Assembly (NCBI GenBank): GCA_964553745.1
Contig: CAZKLD010000007.1
Location: 9,463-73,462 of the forward strand
Direction: 5' to 3'
From: an uncultured Candidatus Peribacteria bacterium
GTDB taxonomy: Bacteria; Patescibacteriota; Gracilibacteria; BD1-5; UBA2023
Length of the DNA: 64,000 nucleotides
Part shown: positions 37,193 through 48,421 of the stretch, one piece after another
Layout of the letters: each line of letters begins with the position of its first letter
Position numbering within the stretch: the first letter of the stretch is position 1
The notes under the pieces: model-generated
What the model was told of the DNA's origin: nothing
The model's input: only the letters and a program-made list of their open reading frames with translations
The model's database searches: none
Made by a program: the position numbers and the translations under genes

Positions 37193-37546
37193 ATGAAGAA
37201 ACTGTTTTATGCCGCAATTCCGCTTCTGACATCCCTTGCCACAACCGCATTCGCCGCAGGAGAGAACATTACAGGATTATCTGAAGAAAAACTCAGGAAT
37301 TGAGATATCTCTTTTTCAGATATTCCCAAAGCAATAAAATATGCAACGGAATTCATCTTATGATTCGCAGCGACAATTGCAATGATAATGATAATAGTTT
37401 GAGCGCTCAAGTATTCTCTTGGCTCAGTCGAATGAAATTCGCCTAATAAGCAAAAGGCGACAGATACGATAAAATACTGAATAATGTGATTTATCGTTTC
37501 GGTTTGATCATGGTACATAGTTAATTTAATAGTAGCAAATCTTTAA
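37193..37546 (+). CDS. Small secreted two-helix protein, TrbC/VirB2-type (T4SS pilin-like) topology
   Basis: MKKLFYAAIPLLTSLATTAFAA signal, then two hydrophobic helices FILGFAATIAMIMIIVGAL and GIMGFIVSVGSWYIVNLIV separated by KYSLGSVEGNSPNKQKATDTIKY; TAA 37544-37546. Confidence 0.65.
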
Positions 37547-37547
37547 A

Positions 37548-38000
37548 ATGTTCAGTTGGCAGATAACCACAAAAAAAGAAAAATGAGCTTCATGGTACAT
37601 GATAGCTCTTGTTGTGTCAGTAGCACTGATAATCTGGTGATATGTAACAGGCTTATACGCAATGAGCATAGTAATACTTCTTGTCATCTGAGTCTACATA
37701 CTTGTCGAGAATAATTCCCCCGATATACTAATGGTGGAGATAAGTGAGAATGGCATTATGATCTGAGATGAATTCTATGATTATCCGAAAATCGATGCAT
37801 TTTCAATCATGTATTCCAAGAACAAGGCAGTAAGCATAAGATTGAGGCTTAGGGCAAAATGATTCAAAAGCATGGATATTCCGCTGGAAAATGCACCAAA
37901 TTCAGCAGACGTAAGGGCTTATCTGATGAATTTTATCAATGAAGACGCAAAATGAGAAATCTCATGATTGGAAAGTTTAACAAATTATCTGAAACTATAA
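37548..38000 (+). CDS. Small membrane protein, unknown function
   Basis: ATG 37548, 1 nt after the previous stop; TAA 37998-38000. TM hairpin WYMIALVVSVALIIWGYVTGLYAMSIVILLVIGVYILV. Confidence 0.6.
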
Positions 38001-38398
38001 TGGAACAAGAGACAGAAATCGTAAAAAGAAAGGCTCTGGCTATCTACCAGATACTCCTAGGATTCATTATTGTGGATTGAAATTTGAATCCTGATGAAGA
38101 AGAGAAAATCATTGAATATATAATGGGAAATTTTTCAATTCTAGACAAAGATACGATATCCCTAGAGGATCAGATAAAGCATCTCGCAGCTGATGAAGAG
38201 AATTTCATGAATAATGCTGTTGCACTAAAGATGACCTCCGAAAAAGAAGAGCTCTTATCCATACTTTTATATGTATCTGAAATAATGTTCGCAGATAAAG
38301 TTTTTTCTGATCAGGAATTTTCACTCTACACAAAGCTAATGAATGTCTGGTGAGTGAGGGCGGATGACTTGAAACATGAAAACATTATCAGCAATTAA
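38000..38398 (+). CDS. TerB-like (tellurite-resistance TerB/DjlA N-domain-like) protein
   Basis: TAATG overlap with the previous gene; in frame with track ORF 38084. KALAIYQILLGFIIVDGNLNPDEEEKIIEYI.. second half ..LLYVSEIMFADKVFSDQEFSLY; TAA 38396-38398. Confidence 0.55.
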
Positions 38399-38430
38399 AA
38401 AAATCCCGAGAATTATCTCGGGATTTTTTA
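38396..38430. terminator. Bidirectional terminator
   Basis: aaaaaaATCCCGAGaattatCTCGGGATttttt between the TerB-like gene (+) and the RHH gene (-). Confidence 0.85.
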
Positions 38431-38438
38431 AAGTCTGA

Positions 38439-38633
38439 CTATGAAATATATGTCTGGTATATATTTATCGCACCGTTCTTGTCTTCGTATTTTTCAATTG
38501 TCGTCTGGATATGGTTCCTAAGGAAATCTGTCAAATTTTGTCATTTTAGCTCTAATATGTATTCCATCTTCTTCTTTTGGCTTTCAGTTACATAAAAGTT
38601 GATTGCATTTGCATATTTTTTCCTTTGTACCAT
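38439..38633 (-). CDS. Ribbon-helix-helix (CopG/Arc/MetJ-like) DNA-binding protein, 64 aa
   Basis: MVQRKKYANAINFYVTESQKKKMEYILELKGQNLTDFLRNHIQTTIEKYEDKNGAINIYQTYIS; beta-strand then two helices, typical RHH; cat 38631-38633, cta 38439-38441. Confidence 0.55.
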
Positions 38634-39181
38634 AGATGAATTTTTCAAAAAATTATAAAAAGCGTTTTTTTTAACAGAAAGAATATATTAAAAAAGTAAA
38701 TAAATGCAAGAGAATATTGCCTAAAAAACTTATGCTGGATGAATATTGTATGTTCACTGTAATTTCAAATGAGGATTTTTCCAAAATTAATCTAGTTTCT
38801 TTAAGTTGTAGATGATAAATATTAATGATGATATTTTCCCATCATCACGAGGAACGATAGCGAGGTGGCGATCCAGAGTTTTATCATTATCGTGGAATGA
38901 TTTTCATTATCGTCATCTGAGGTATCATGTTCCATACACTATTTGTCATTTCGAGCGCATGAGAGAAATCTTTAATGATAAATCATGAATCCCCCCTCAC
39001 TTCCCCATTATTGAAAGGGGGTTGAGCAAGATTGAACATTAATCTGAAATTAACCCTCTTTTTGCAAAGAGAGTGGCACGCATTGACGGGTGATTCTTCA
39101 TTAACCATTATTCATTTTTCATTGACCGTAATTGTAGAATCATTTAGATATAATCAATATGTTCATAAAATAACGACAAAT

Positions 39182-39211
39182 AAAAAAACCCAGAATTTCT
39201 TCTGGGTTTTT
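39182..39211. terminator. Terminator downstream of the 39213-40058 (-) gene
   Basis: aaaaaaaCCCAGAAtttcTTCTGGGttttt. Confidence 0.8.
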
Positions 39212-39212
39212 A

Positions 39213-40058
39213 TTAATTTTTCATTGAGCTTTTGAATTCAGCTTCTGTCTTTATGAGATTGAATCTCTGCATGAGATTTGTTCAGCTATCTGGCACGACT
39301 ACTGTGACATTTTTAATGAGTGCCTCTTTGTTGTTTATCAGAGTATCAAGAAGGACTTTATTATAATCATTCAGAATCGTATATGAATCTATGAATTTTC
39401 ATAGGAAGACAAGATAAGTCTTAGAGTAGGTGTTCTTGTCTTTTTCGCTTAAGTATTCATCGAGGGTGCTTTGAGTCTTATCATAATCCAGAGTCCTATA
39501 GGCATTAGTCAGATCTCATTTGAGCCTTTCGATTTTCTGATCGCTGAGGGTTGCTGTAGACTGAAGCTGACGAGCTTGCTCTTTCAATACCGTCACTTGA
39601 TCGATTGTTCATTTATATCTGCTTCTGAGCTGATCCAGATAGCTTTCTAGCATGGATTCTCTGTCTCTAGACTGATCAAGGAGAGAATTTACATTTGTCT
39701 TAAGTACGTTCAGATATTCATTAAGTCAGACCATGTTCGATGTGATGATCTTATCTCTCGATAAAGTCTTATTGGCAAGTATGAACGAGATGGGCAATAC
39801 ATCTGACGTTAAGGTAACGGGAGTGCCGAGCGCTTCTTTTTGCTTAGTTCAGATATTGAGAGAAACTGCAACTCATGTCGTTCAGAGGAATCATGCATTC
39901 AACTTTTTGAATTTGACATCATTTGTTGCGGCGCTAGCTACATTCGTATCCACAGAAGCAGTTGCCCAGGTCACCAAAAGATTGATAAAAAGAGAAAGGA
40001 GGATTCACAGAAGCATCACTTTTTTTACAAATTCTTTTATTTCGGTTTTCAATACCAT
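39213..40058 (-). CDS. Secreted/anchored coiled-coil protein, unknown function
   Basis: First ATG after in-frame TAA (tta 40095-40097). MVLKTEIKEFVKKVMLLGILLSLFINLLVTWATASV, then heptad-rich ..MLESYLDQLRSRYKGTIDQVTVLKEQARQLQSTATLSDQKIERLKGDL..; stop tta 39213-39215. Confidence 0.65.
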
Positions 40059-40140
40059 AAAAAGAAGAAAGAAATAATAAACATTTGGAATATCTTACAT
40101 TTTTTTTATAATTTTGCAAAATAATAGTATAAATTCAAAT

Positions 40141-42567
40141 ATGAACACACAAAAAAAATTAAACGCCACATTACTTGTCTTCGCGATGATTTTTAACCTA
40201 ATTTCACCGATCGGGAGCCTCCTGAAATGGAAGAAGGTATACGGTTTCGAGCAAGAAATCCAAAATGTGGATTGAAAGATTGAACCCATCTATTCACCAC
40301 AGGCAAGCCTTTATGGTCTTCCGAAAAAAATCATCTGATACAAGAAGGCCTGAACCATCAGATTCTCAAAAGCAAAAGATATGATATTTTTCAAGTTTGG
40401 TAAGCAAGATATATGAGACAGTGATCTGAGTATATTCGTGAACCAAGACTGACTGAAGAAAAAAGTCTCCATCGATGACGATTGAGATGAAAGGATGATT
40501 CTTGAAGACGAAATCTATACATCACCCATCTTTTCCGACAGAGCAATGTCACTTGATTATGAAATACAAGCAGAAACCCAAACTGCCTTGACAGCATCAT
40601 CTTCGGTAATCTGAGTTAATACAAGTGATTTTTCGGAAAAACTGACTTTTTGAATTGAGACTGTTTCTGCATCAGATGATGAGATCATAAGCAGAGCAGA
40701 CTGGTGAGCGGATGAAACCTTAAAATATGAGGATAATCCGGCATGGGTTAAATTCATAAAGCAACAGGAAGCAAGCGCAAATATTCCAAAAGCTGATTGG
40801 CAGAAAGAAATAGACAATAGGTTTGAAAAATTATATAGTAGCATAGATTCATCAGACAAAGGTTCGCCCACAAATATATTTGTAAAAATTAAACAAGAAT
40901 ATAATATTATCAATAAAAAAATTCAAGATAAAAAAGAATTAACGTTTCAGGAAAAATATTTCTATAGTCAATACCCGAATTTAAAAATTAAATTCATCAG
41001 AAAACATCTATCTCTAAATTTCCCATTCGAGGACAATGTGGTGAGTACCATCAGAAGTGAAAATTGACATAAATTAGTTTGGCCTATAGAAAAAACTAAA
41101 AGAGTCGAGAAGATAGTCGTGCATCATACGGCGGAGGCAATAGAATTAAGCCAAAGGGATGATGCTGAAATTATAAGATGAATTTACCGTTATCATTCAA
41201 TTTCAAAGAGATGGTGAGACATCTGATACAATTATATCGTCTGAAGAGACGGGAAGATTTATGAATGAAGAGCCTGATGAGATTATGCAGTTGCAGCCCA
41301 TAATCTATGGAACAACAAAAGCACTGTCGGAATATCAGTCATGTGAAATTTTGAGGATAATAAAATAAGCAATGATCAGAAGAATGGCGCGGATAAAGCC
41401 ATCTGATTATTGTCTAAGAGATTCGGAATAGACCTTAACAATAAATCAGTAGCCCATAAGGAATGTGGAGAATCTGAACCATGCCTTCTCAAAGATTATC
41501 AAACAAACAATCTCGTATGACACAAGGATGCCTGATCAACGAGTTGCCCATGAAAGAATCTTTATGCCCTGCTCGGAGATTATAGGGAATACTGAAAATC
41601 ATATAGCTCTGGACTGACATATATAGATAACACAAAAATCGAATCAGATTGAACGAACCTAAAAAGATGACCCATGATAAAGATAAGATTATCCTACACA
41701 TGATCTACGGTTGATATTAATTCTTATACGCCGGAAAAAGTAAAGATTACGTTATGAAACAGAAGCTGATATGCCAATCTTAAGAATTTCCGTTTTGAAA
41801 AAAGGTGAAATGACCAGCTCGCGCTGGTTGTCTGAAACAAGACCGCTCGAGTCCCCTATCTCACACTTTCATCTACTATCCTAGAAGTCAATAGTTGGAA
41901 TAGAAAACCATCTTGGGATAAGACGTGATTAGTCAATGACAATAAATTCAGATGAAGCATCACAATAAGGAATGATAATTGAAATATTGTGCTTATAAAT
42001 GAATTGCCCCTAGAAGATTATCTTAAATGACTTGCCGAGATATCTAATGATGAAAACCCTGAAAAGGCAAAAACCATTCTCGTGGCAGCCAGAAGTTATG
42101 CTCTATGGTATACTGATCCTGCAAATCGTAAATTCCCTTGAAAACCTTATGATTGATCAGACAATCCAGATGAATTCCAGAAATATCTGGGTTACTCTTT
42201 TGAAATGAGAGGCAATAATATCTGACAATACGTAGCTGATACAAATGAAATGGTGATAAAATACTCTTGAAAATTGATAAAACCATGGTATTTCAATCAA
42301 AGCAATGGTAAGACGAAATCTTATTTGGAATATTGTGAAGAAAGGAAAATAAACTGAAGTTATCCGATTTCAATGAAATGTGAAGAAATCCCTTATCTTG
42401 CAGGCGCATATGATCCTGCGTGAATAATCGACTGATGATATAAATGACATTGAGTGTGAATTAGCTGAGCATGAGCAAAATATCTAGCAGAATTCGAGGG
42501 AATGAAGTATGATGACATAATAAAATATTTCTTGAAATGAGTTACAGTCGAAAAGACTGCATACTAA
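40141..42567 (+). CDS. Peptidoglycan hydrolase fusion: N-acetylmuramoyl-L-alanine amidase (Amidase_2/PGRP) + SpoIID/LytB domain
   Basis: Signal/anchor MNTQKKLNATLLVFAMIFNLISPIG. Amidase_2: KIVVHHTAE..IIRGIYRYHSISKRWGDIGYNYIVGRDGKIYEGRAGG..AAHN..GISVMGNF..HKD..CPG. SpoIID: LEDYLKGLAEISNDENPEKAKTILVAARSYALWY..KPWYFNQSNGKTKSY..GHGVGISGAGAKYLAE; TAA 42565-42567. Confidence 0.85.
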
Positions 42568-42620
42568 ATTCAAAACAAACTTAAACTATAATTTGTAACT
42601 TATAACTTAAAATTCATCAA

Positions 42621-43067
42621 ATGCGTTGTCCTAAATGTAAAAATTATGATACCAAAGTAATTGATTCAAGAATCGCTGAAGATTCCACTTCCATAAGAAG
42701 AAGGCGAGAATGTGAAAAATGCAATGCCAGATTCACTACATTCGAGAGAATGGAATTTATTAATTTTTTAGTGACCAAGAAAAACTGAGAAGCCGAAATG
42801 TATGACAGGACAAAACTCCAAAGGAGTATAATGAAAGCCCTTCATAAAAGGAATATCGACTTCGATAAGATCGAGAAGATGCTTAATGAACTGGAAAATG
42901 AATGGGCTTCAAACAAGAAATGAATCACATCCAAAAGAGTCTGAAAAGATGTTCTTAATAAGCTTAAGGATATCGATGATGTCGCTTATATCAGGTTCGC
43001 TTCTATCTATCATAATTTTGAGCACACGACTGATTTCATCAAGTTCATTAAAGAGGAATTTGTGTAG
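42621..43067 (+). CDS. nrdR: Transcriptional repressor NrdR
   Basis: [46 protein letters not shown] (zinc ribbon) + ATP-cone ..[27 protein letters not shown]; TAG 43065-43067, anchored to track ORF 42886. Confidence 0.95.
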
Positions 43068-43100
43068 GTTAGTTGTTAGTTGTTAGTTGTTAGTACTTAG
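43065..43100. repeat. Heptamer tandem repeat (gttagtt)x4 starting at the nrdR stop codon
   Basis: taggttagttgttagttgttagttgttagtacttag; TAG at 43065, 43070, 43077, 43084, 43091 and 43098 covers all three forward frames. Confidence 0.85.
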
Positions 43101-43109
43101 CTCAATATA

Positions 43110-43535
43110 ATGCTAAAGAAATATAAAAAGACATTATTGATAATAGCCTATGTATTCTGATTATTATTAAGTGTTTTTATATTATTTGAAATATATTTTT
43201 TCAATACATTCGAGTTACCCCCCTTGTGTTGAAATATTATTGATAATATAAAATTGAGCCCATCTAAACGATATAAAACTATCACTTATAGACGTGACTG
43301 TTGAGCAACGACTCATATCGAGGATACCACAGTTTCATTGATAGATGCAAATGCAGATGAAAAAAAAGAAGACGTACTGAAAGATTGAATAATTTTTCGA
43401 GTATTCAAAAGAGACGTTCCAGAAGCTGAAGTTATATGGTCAGATGATTCCCATATATTAATCCATTATGATGATTCTGCAGAATTTTGATTTAAGGCAG
43501 TCAAATCTGGTTGAATAGATATATCTTATCACTAG
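43110..43535 (+). CDS. Small membrane-anchored hypothetical protein
   Basis: MLKKYKKTLLIIAYVFGLLLSVFILFEIYFF TM, then ..YRRDCGATTHIEDTTVSLIDANADEKKEDVL..; ATG 43110, TAG 43533-43535. Confidence 0.55.
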
Positions 43536-43594
43536 TATTTGATAAATTTCAAAAGTCCAAGTTCTAAGTTCTAAAAACTAATAACTAATCACTA

Positions 43595-44560
43595 ATGATA
43601 ACAGTAATAGACCTTAATTATTCACAAAACCCCTATCCCCTGCTAAGTCAAGAGCTTCTTGATAACGTAGCAAAGGTATTATCATCTGGCAAAAAAATCC
43701 TTTTCTTCATCAATAGGCGCTGAGAGGCAAACGCACTAATATGCAGAGATTGCTCATTTCAGGCAAAATGCCCTGAGTGTGATATATCGATGAATGTCCA
43801 TAAATTCCCCGCTCCGAAATTAATCTGCCACCACTGCAACAGGCAAGAACCAATCATTGTCAGATGTCCAAAATGCTCCTGAAGCAATCTCGTTTCAGTC
43901 TGAACCTGAACGCAGAGGATGGAAGAGACTCTAAGCATGATCTTCAAATCATCAAAAATAGCGAGGCTTGATTCCGACAAGATAACAAAAGAGTGAATCC
44001 ATCTTGAAGATATTTGAAATGCTGACATCATAATCGCAACAGAATCGATAAATGCCGTAACCATAGACAATCTCTGACTTGTGGTGGTTCCGCTTTTTGA
44101 GCTTGAGATGGTCATTCCTGAATATGATATCGAGGAGAGGATATACATAAATATCTCCTATAATCTAAAAAGGTGAGCAGATGCGATTATCCAGACCTAC
44201 ATCCCAGGACATGAGCTCCTCAAGATAATAACAGAGTGAAATTATAAGGATTTCCTCATGCACACTCTCGAAGAAAGAAAAGCTTTCAAATATCCTCCCT
44301 ACTGAAAATTGGCATATATCTGGATAAAGTCCAAGAATAAGGACAGAGTCACAGATATGGCAGTAAAGCTCGTAAATAAACTGGAAATCTCAAATGAGGA
44401 TAATAAGGTTTTCATAAATTATGACAGCAAATCATTCACAAAAAGAGCATGAGAGTTCAGACAGAAAATTATCCTCAGGTGAGAGAATCTGGAAGAGTTC
44501 CTTCAGATAGCATCTGGTGAGATAATAAGGAACAGAGAAATAGAGCTCGAATGGAAATAA
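43595..44560 (+). CDS. priA: PriA-like protein, C-terminal half only (Cys-rich zinc region + degenerate helicase lobe 2 + C-terminal domain)
   Basis: MITVIDLN..GKKILFFINRRGEANALICRDCSFQAKCPECDISMNVHKFPAPKLICHHCNRQEPIIVRCPKCSGSNLVSVGTGTQRMEE aligns by eye with E. coli PriA from roughly residue 400 on. No Walker A/DEAH lobe; TAA 44558-44560. Confidence 0.7.
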
Positions 44561-44561
44561 T

Positions 44562-44596
44562 GAAAAAATCTTACAGACCCTGTAAGATTTTTTTTC
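44562..44596. terminator. Bidirectional terminator
   Basis: aaaaaAATCTTACAgacccTGTAAGATTttttttt between the priA-like gene (+) and the MFS gene (-). Confidence 0.85.
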
Positions 44597-44624
44597 TAAT
44601 ACAATTTTTAACTTCTCAGCTTTG

Positions 44625-46154
44625 CTACAATTTCCATTCTTTCCTTTTTACCAAGCTCAAAACGAATAAAGTCAGAAGGAAGATTCAGAATACGAAGAAT
44701 GTTCAAGGATATCATACGACAAATACAAGCAATCATCAGATTATCAATCACACTACATTCGCAAGGTTAAGAAGCATCTTAAGCGGAGCGGAAGAAGCAT
44801 TTGAATCAATTTCTGTAAGGTTTTTCTTTTCTGCATAGACACTATTATATTCGTCAGAGAATTCTCATTGGGAAAGCGGCATTGCGGCAGCGTATCAGAA
44901 GCTATTAACAACTCAAAGGACCAGAATCATTCAAAAAGTCGAAAAAGCTCAGAAAAGAAGGATTGATATTCAAGACACTAGAACTCAGGTCATTATGACA
45001 GGAAATACTCAGATTTTCTTTGATAATCATATGAGCGGAATCTGAGCTCAATAAGCTGGAATTGCCAAGACTGCGATAAATGCATAAGCACTCATGATCT
45101 TTGCCAAGAAATTATCTTGATTATTATTTATGACCTCAGTAAGGAAGTCTATAAGGAATGAAGTGACAAAGGTATCCCATAGTCAGAAAAAGGTCAACAC
45201 CGTTCAAACTACCAATAGTCTGTGGCTATAAGGCGGCTGGAATAATATCATCATGAAGGATTTGATATCTATTATGGCAGTGTCGATTATTTCTCACCAA
45301 TTGACAGATTTTTTTATTTCCATCGGTTTTAGAAAAACGAACTTCATATTGCTTGCAACCTGAGCAAAATCGGCTTTCTGAACTTGAGATACAGTATATT
45401 CCTTAACTGACTCAAGGGTTTCTTTTGGAGAAATGAGCTTAAGCTTCTTAATGTCTGCGACATTTACATTGATCTTGAATATCTCTTTCGCATTATCGAA
45501 GTATTTAAGTATGAATAAAATGAAGATAACGACTATTCAGACTAGAATAGAGACTGCAAAGAAAGGATTGAATGCCAGTATGACTCAAGATGCCAACAGT
45601 CAGCACAATGCGCCCAATCAGGAGAAGATGTTATTTTTTGAAAGGAGTTCGGCATATTCGGAAGGGTCGGCATTGTTCATGATGTAGGACAGAGAGGTAA
45701 CATCAGAGAATTCTTTTATGATTCAGTAAAATACAACCGATATTATCAGGAGTAAGACATTTAAAAATGATCAGAAAATCTTTGAATACGCATCGCTTGA
45801 TAGCTTAAAGAGCTCTTCCGGCGCGACTTTGAAATCAATACTTCACGCAGAATAGATGAAATACAGGAAGATAACCGACACCACAAGCATCATGATCGCT
45901 GAAGTCACAAATAGCTTCTTCGCATTGAAATATTTCTGCAGCACTCAGACTGGGCTATCCACCAAGAATGACACAAAATTCGCCAATCCTAAGAATATTC
46001 AGACTAAAAGCGGACTTCATAGCTGCAGCAAAAAGAAGAAAACTAGTGTGAAATGAAAACACATCCATACAAAAGAAGACAAAGCTCAGTACCAAAAAAA
46101 ATTATTTCTTCTAGTCTCATCCAGTCAGCTTTCTACGGAAACAAAATTTGACAT
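44625..46154 (-). CDS. MFS-type transporter-like membrane protein (509 aa)
   Basis: ATG (cat 46152-46154), first after in-frame TAA; stop cta 44625-44627. MSNFVSVES..FFWYGALSSFVWMCFHFTLVFFFLLQLGSPLLVGIFLGLANFVSFLVDSPVGVLQKYF..; about 12 hydrophobic segments. Confidence 0.7.
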
Positions 46155-46240
46155 ACCCCTTTATTTGATTAATATATTTTGATTTATTCGATTGTACCAT
46201 ATAATGGAATTAAATTCAAATTTAGAAGAATAAAAATATC

Positions 46241-48154
46241 ATGCAAAAAACATATTACACTACAAGCGGGCTTTATAAACAAGTGCATATCAATTACTGA
46301 ATAGTTACCGATAGCGAATGAATAGATTACTTCATTTTCAAAAGAGACCGGAATAATGCTTTCTCCTGAGATACCGTAGAGATCAAAATCAAGAAACTAG
46401 AGAATTCATGAAAAAAAGCAGAAGCTGAAATCAGCAAAATCCTGCAAAGATGACAAGAGGAGCTTGTCTGCGTCTTTATGCAGAAAAAATGACAGGATTA
46501 TTGATTTGCCCGCGTATACAACACTTTCTGATGAAAAGATATTTATATCTATTCGGAAGACGTGCAATGAGCGAAAGATGGTGACATAGTGCTTATCAAG
46601 ATAAAAAAATGAATAGATAAGCCTGTTTGAATCGTGACAAGCATCATGGGTAAGCAGACGGACAAGGATATGCAAGAGAAAATCCTTCTCCAGCAATATG
46701 CCATAAGAACAAATTTCAATGAGAAAGTCATACAAGAAGCCAAAAATCTAGTATGAGTGATATGATGAAAATTCAGGGAAGACCTGACGAGAGAGATAAT
46801 AGTGACAATTGATTGAGAAGATGCCAAAGATCTCGATGATGCAATCAGCGTGAAGAGAAATTCCGATTGAAACTATGAGCTTGGGGTGCATATAGCCGAT
46901 GTGGCAGAGTATGTGAAAAATTCGAGCCATCTTGATACTGAAGCCAAAAAAAGATGAACCAGCATCTACTTGCCATGAAGAGTTATTCCTATGTTGCCGA
47001 AAGATATATCAGATGATCTTTGCTCGCTGAACCCGAAGACACCGAAAGCCACCCTCAGCATATTGATGGTAATCGATGCCAGCAATGGAAAAGTATTGTC
47101 CAAGAAAATCAAAGAAACTCTAATCCACTCAAAAGCCAGACTCACGTATAATGAGGTTTGGGAATATCTGAGCACAAAAAATGAGAAAATAATCCCATCC
47201 GCCCATATAAGGCAGATGCTCGAGCATTCCTATGATCTGTTCAAAATCGTGTACTCAAGAAGGAAAAAGGAATGAAAGATAGAATTTGATTTCCCGGAAG
47301 TAAAAGTAGAAGTGGATACTAACGGAAAGCCAATAAGCATAACAAAAAGACAAAGAAACGATGCTCATAGGCTTATCGAGGAATTCATGATTCTGGCAAA
47401 TGAGGAGGTATCAAAATATTTTTCTGAGAAGAAAATCCCATTCCTATACAGAGTCCATGAGAAACCATCAGAAGAATGAGTATTCGCCTTACAGAAGATC
47501 CTTAGCGAATATGGGATACCGATGGATGCAAAGAACCTCACTCCCCTGTCCATAAGCCATATAATCGATGCACTCAAGTGAAGGAAAGAAGAATATGTAT
47601 TATCGAAACAGATATTGACTTCTATGAGCAAGGCAAAATATCTAGATCTGCCGCTCTGACACTTCGGATTGTCTCTGAAATACTACTCCCACTTCACATC
47701 CCCGATCAGAAGATATCCCGATCTCCAGATTCATAGGATAATCAAGGAGTTCATAAAATGAAACATGTCCAAGACTGAGGTTCTCCGATATCAGAAAATG
47801 CTTTGAAAAGTTGCCAATATGTCGTCAACAAACGAGCAAAAGGCTGAAGAAGTGGAAAGGAAAATCACACACCTGAAAACAATTGAATACATGGAAAGTT
47901 ACGTCTGAACTGAATTTGAAGGCAGAGTATCTTGAATTAATGCCAATTGACTCTACATAGAACTTGATAGCTGAGTGGAATGATTTGTTCTAGGCAAGAA
48001 TCTGGATTTGCATTTCGCTTTTGATGAAACTAAAAACGCATTCTTCAATTCAAAGACCAAAAAGGCGCTCTGACTATGAGATTACACAAGAATAAAAGTG
48101 GCAAAGGCTGACAAGAGCATGTGATTCCTGGACTTTGAACTACTATCAAAATAA
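46241..48154 (+). CDS. rnr: Ribonuclease R / RNase II family exoribonuclease (RNB domain)
   Basis: In frame with track ORF 46991. [71 protein letters not shown]-terminal S1-like [20 protein letters not shown]; TAA 48152-48154. Confidence 0.9.
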
Positions 48155-48421
48155 TTCCAGACAATAAAAAAACTAGGGCTTCCTCGGAGAATAATCCGTA
48201 CATGCCCTAGTGAAAACTTATTGTTTTTGTATGTATCTAACTCTCTATAAACATAAATGTTATCCTGGAATTAAGAAATACAATAGTACCACAAGATACG
48301 GGATGTATTAAAGCATAAATTAATATGATTGTCAATTCGAAAAGAATTTAAGCTCAAATAATTGACGGTAAGCCAAATATATGTTACCATGCGTCAGATA
48401 TAAATAATATTTGGCAATAAT

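Noticed and set aside
38439-38633. RHH gene as part of a toxin-antitoxin or mobile element
   Set aside because: No toxin-like ORF is adjacent on either side (both strands checked with TGA=Gly). There is no integrase, transposase or flanking repeat.
38897-39320. About 140-codon ORF on the + strand that appears when TGA is read through
   Set aside because: It runs through a strong terminator hairpin and into the antisense of the 39213-40058 gene. The translation is not protein-like and it contains the hairpin modules. I treat it as non-coding.
43065-43100. Tandem heptamers as a CRISPR array or minisatellite locus
   Set aside because: The unit is only 7 bp, there are no spacers and no cas genes. 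It is a simple slippage-type repeat.
48168-48212. Hairpin actagggc..gccctagt after rnr as a terminator
   Set aside because: The loop is about 25 nt and there is no clean T-run, so I did not list it as a terminator feature.
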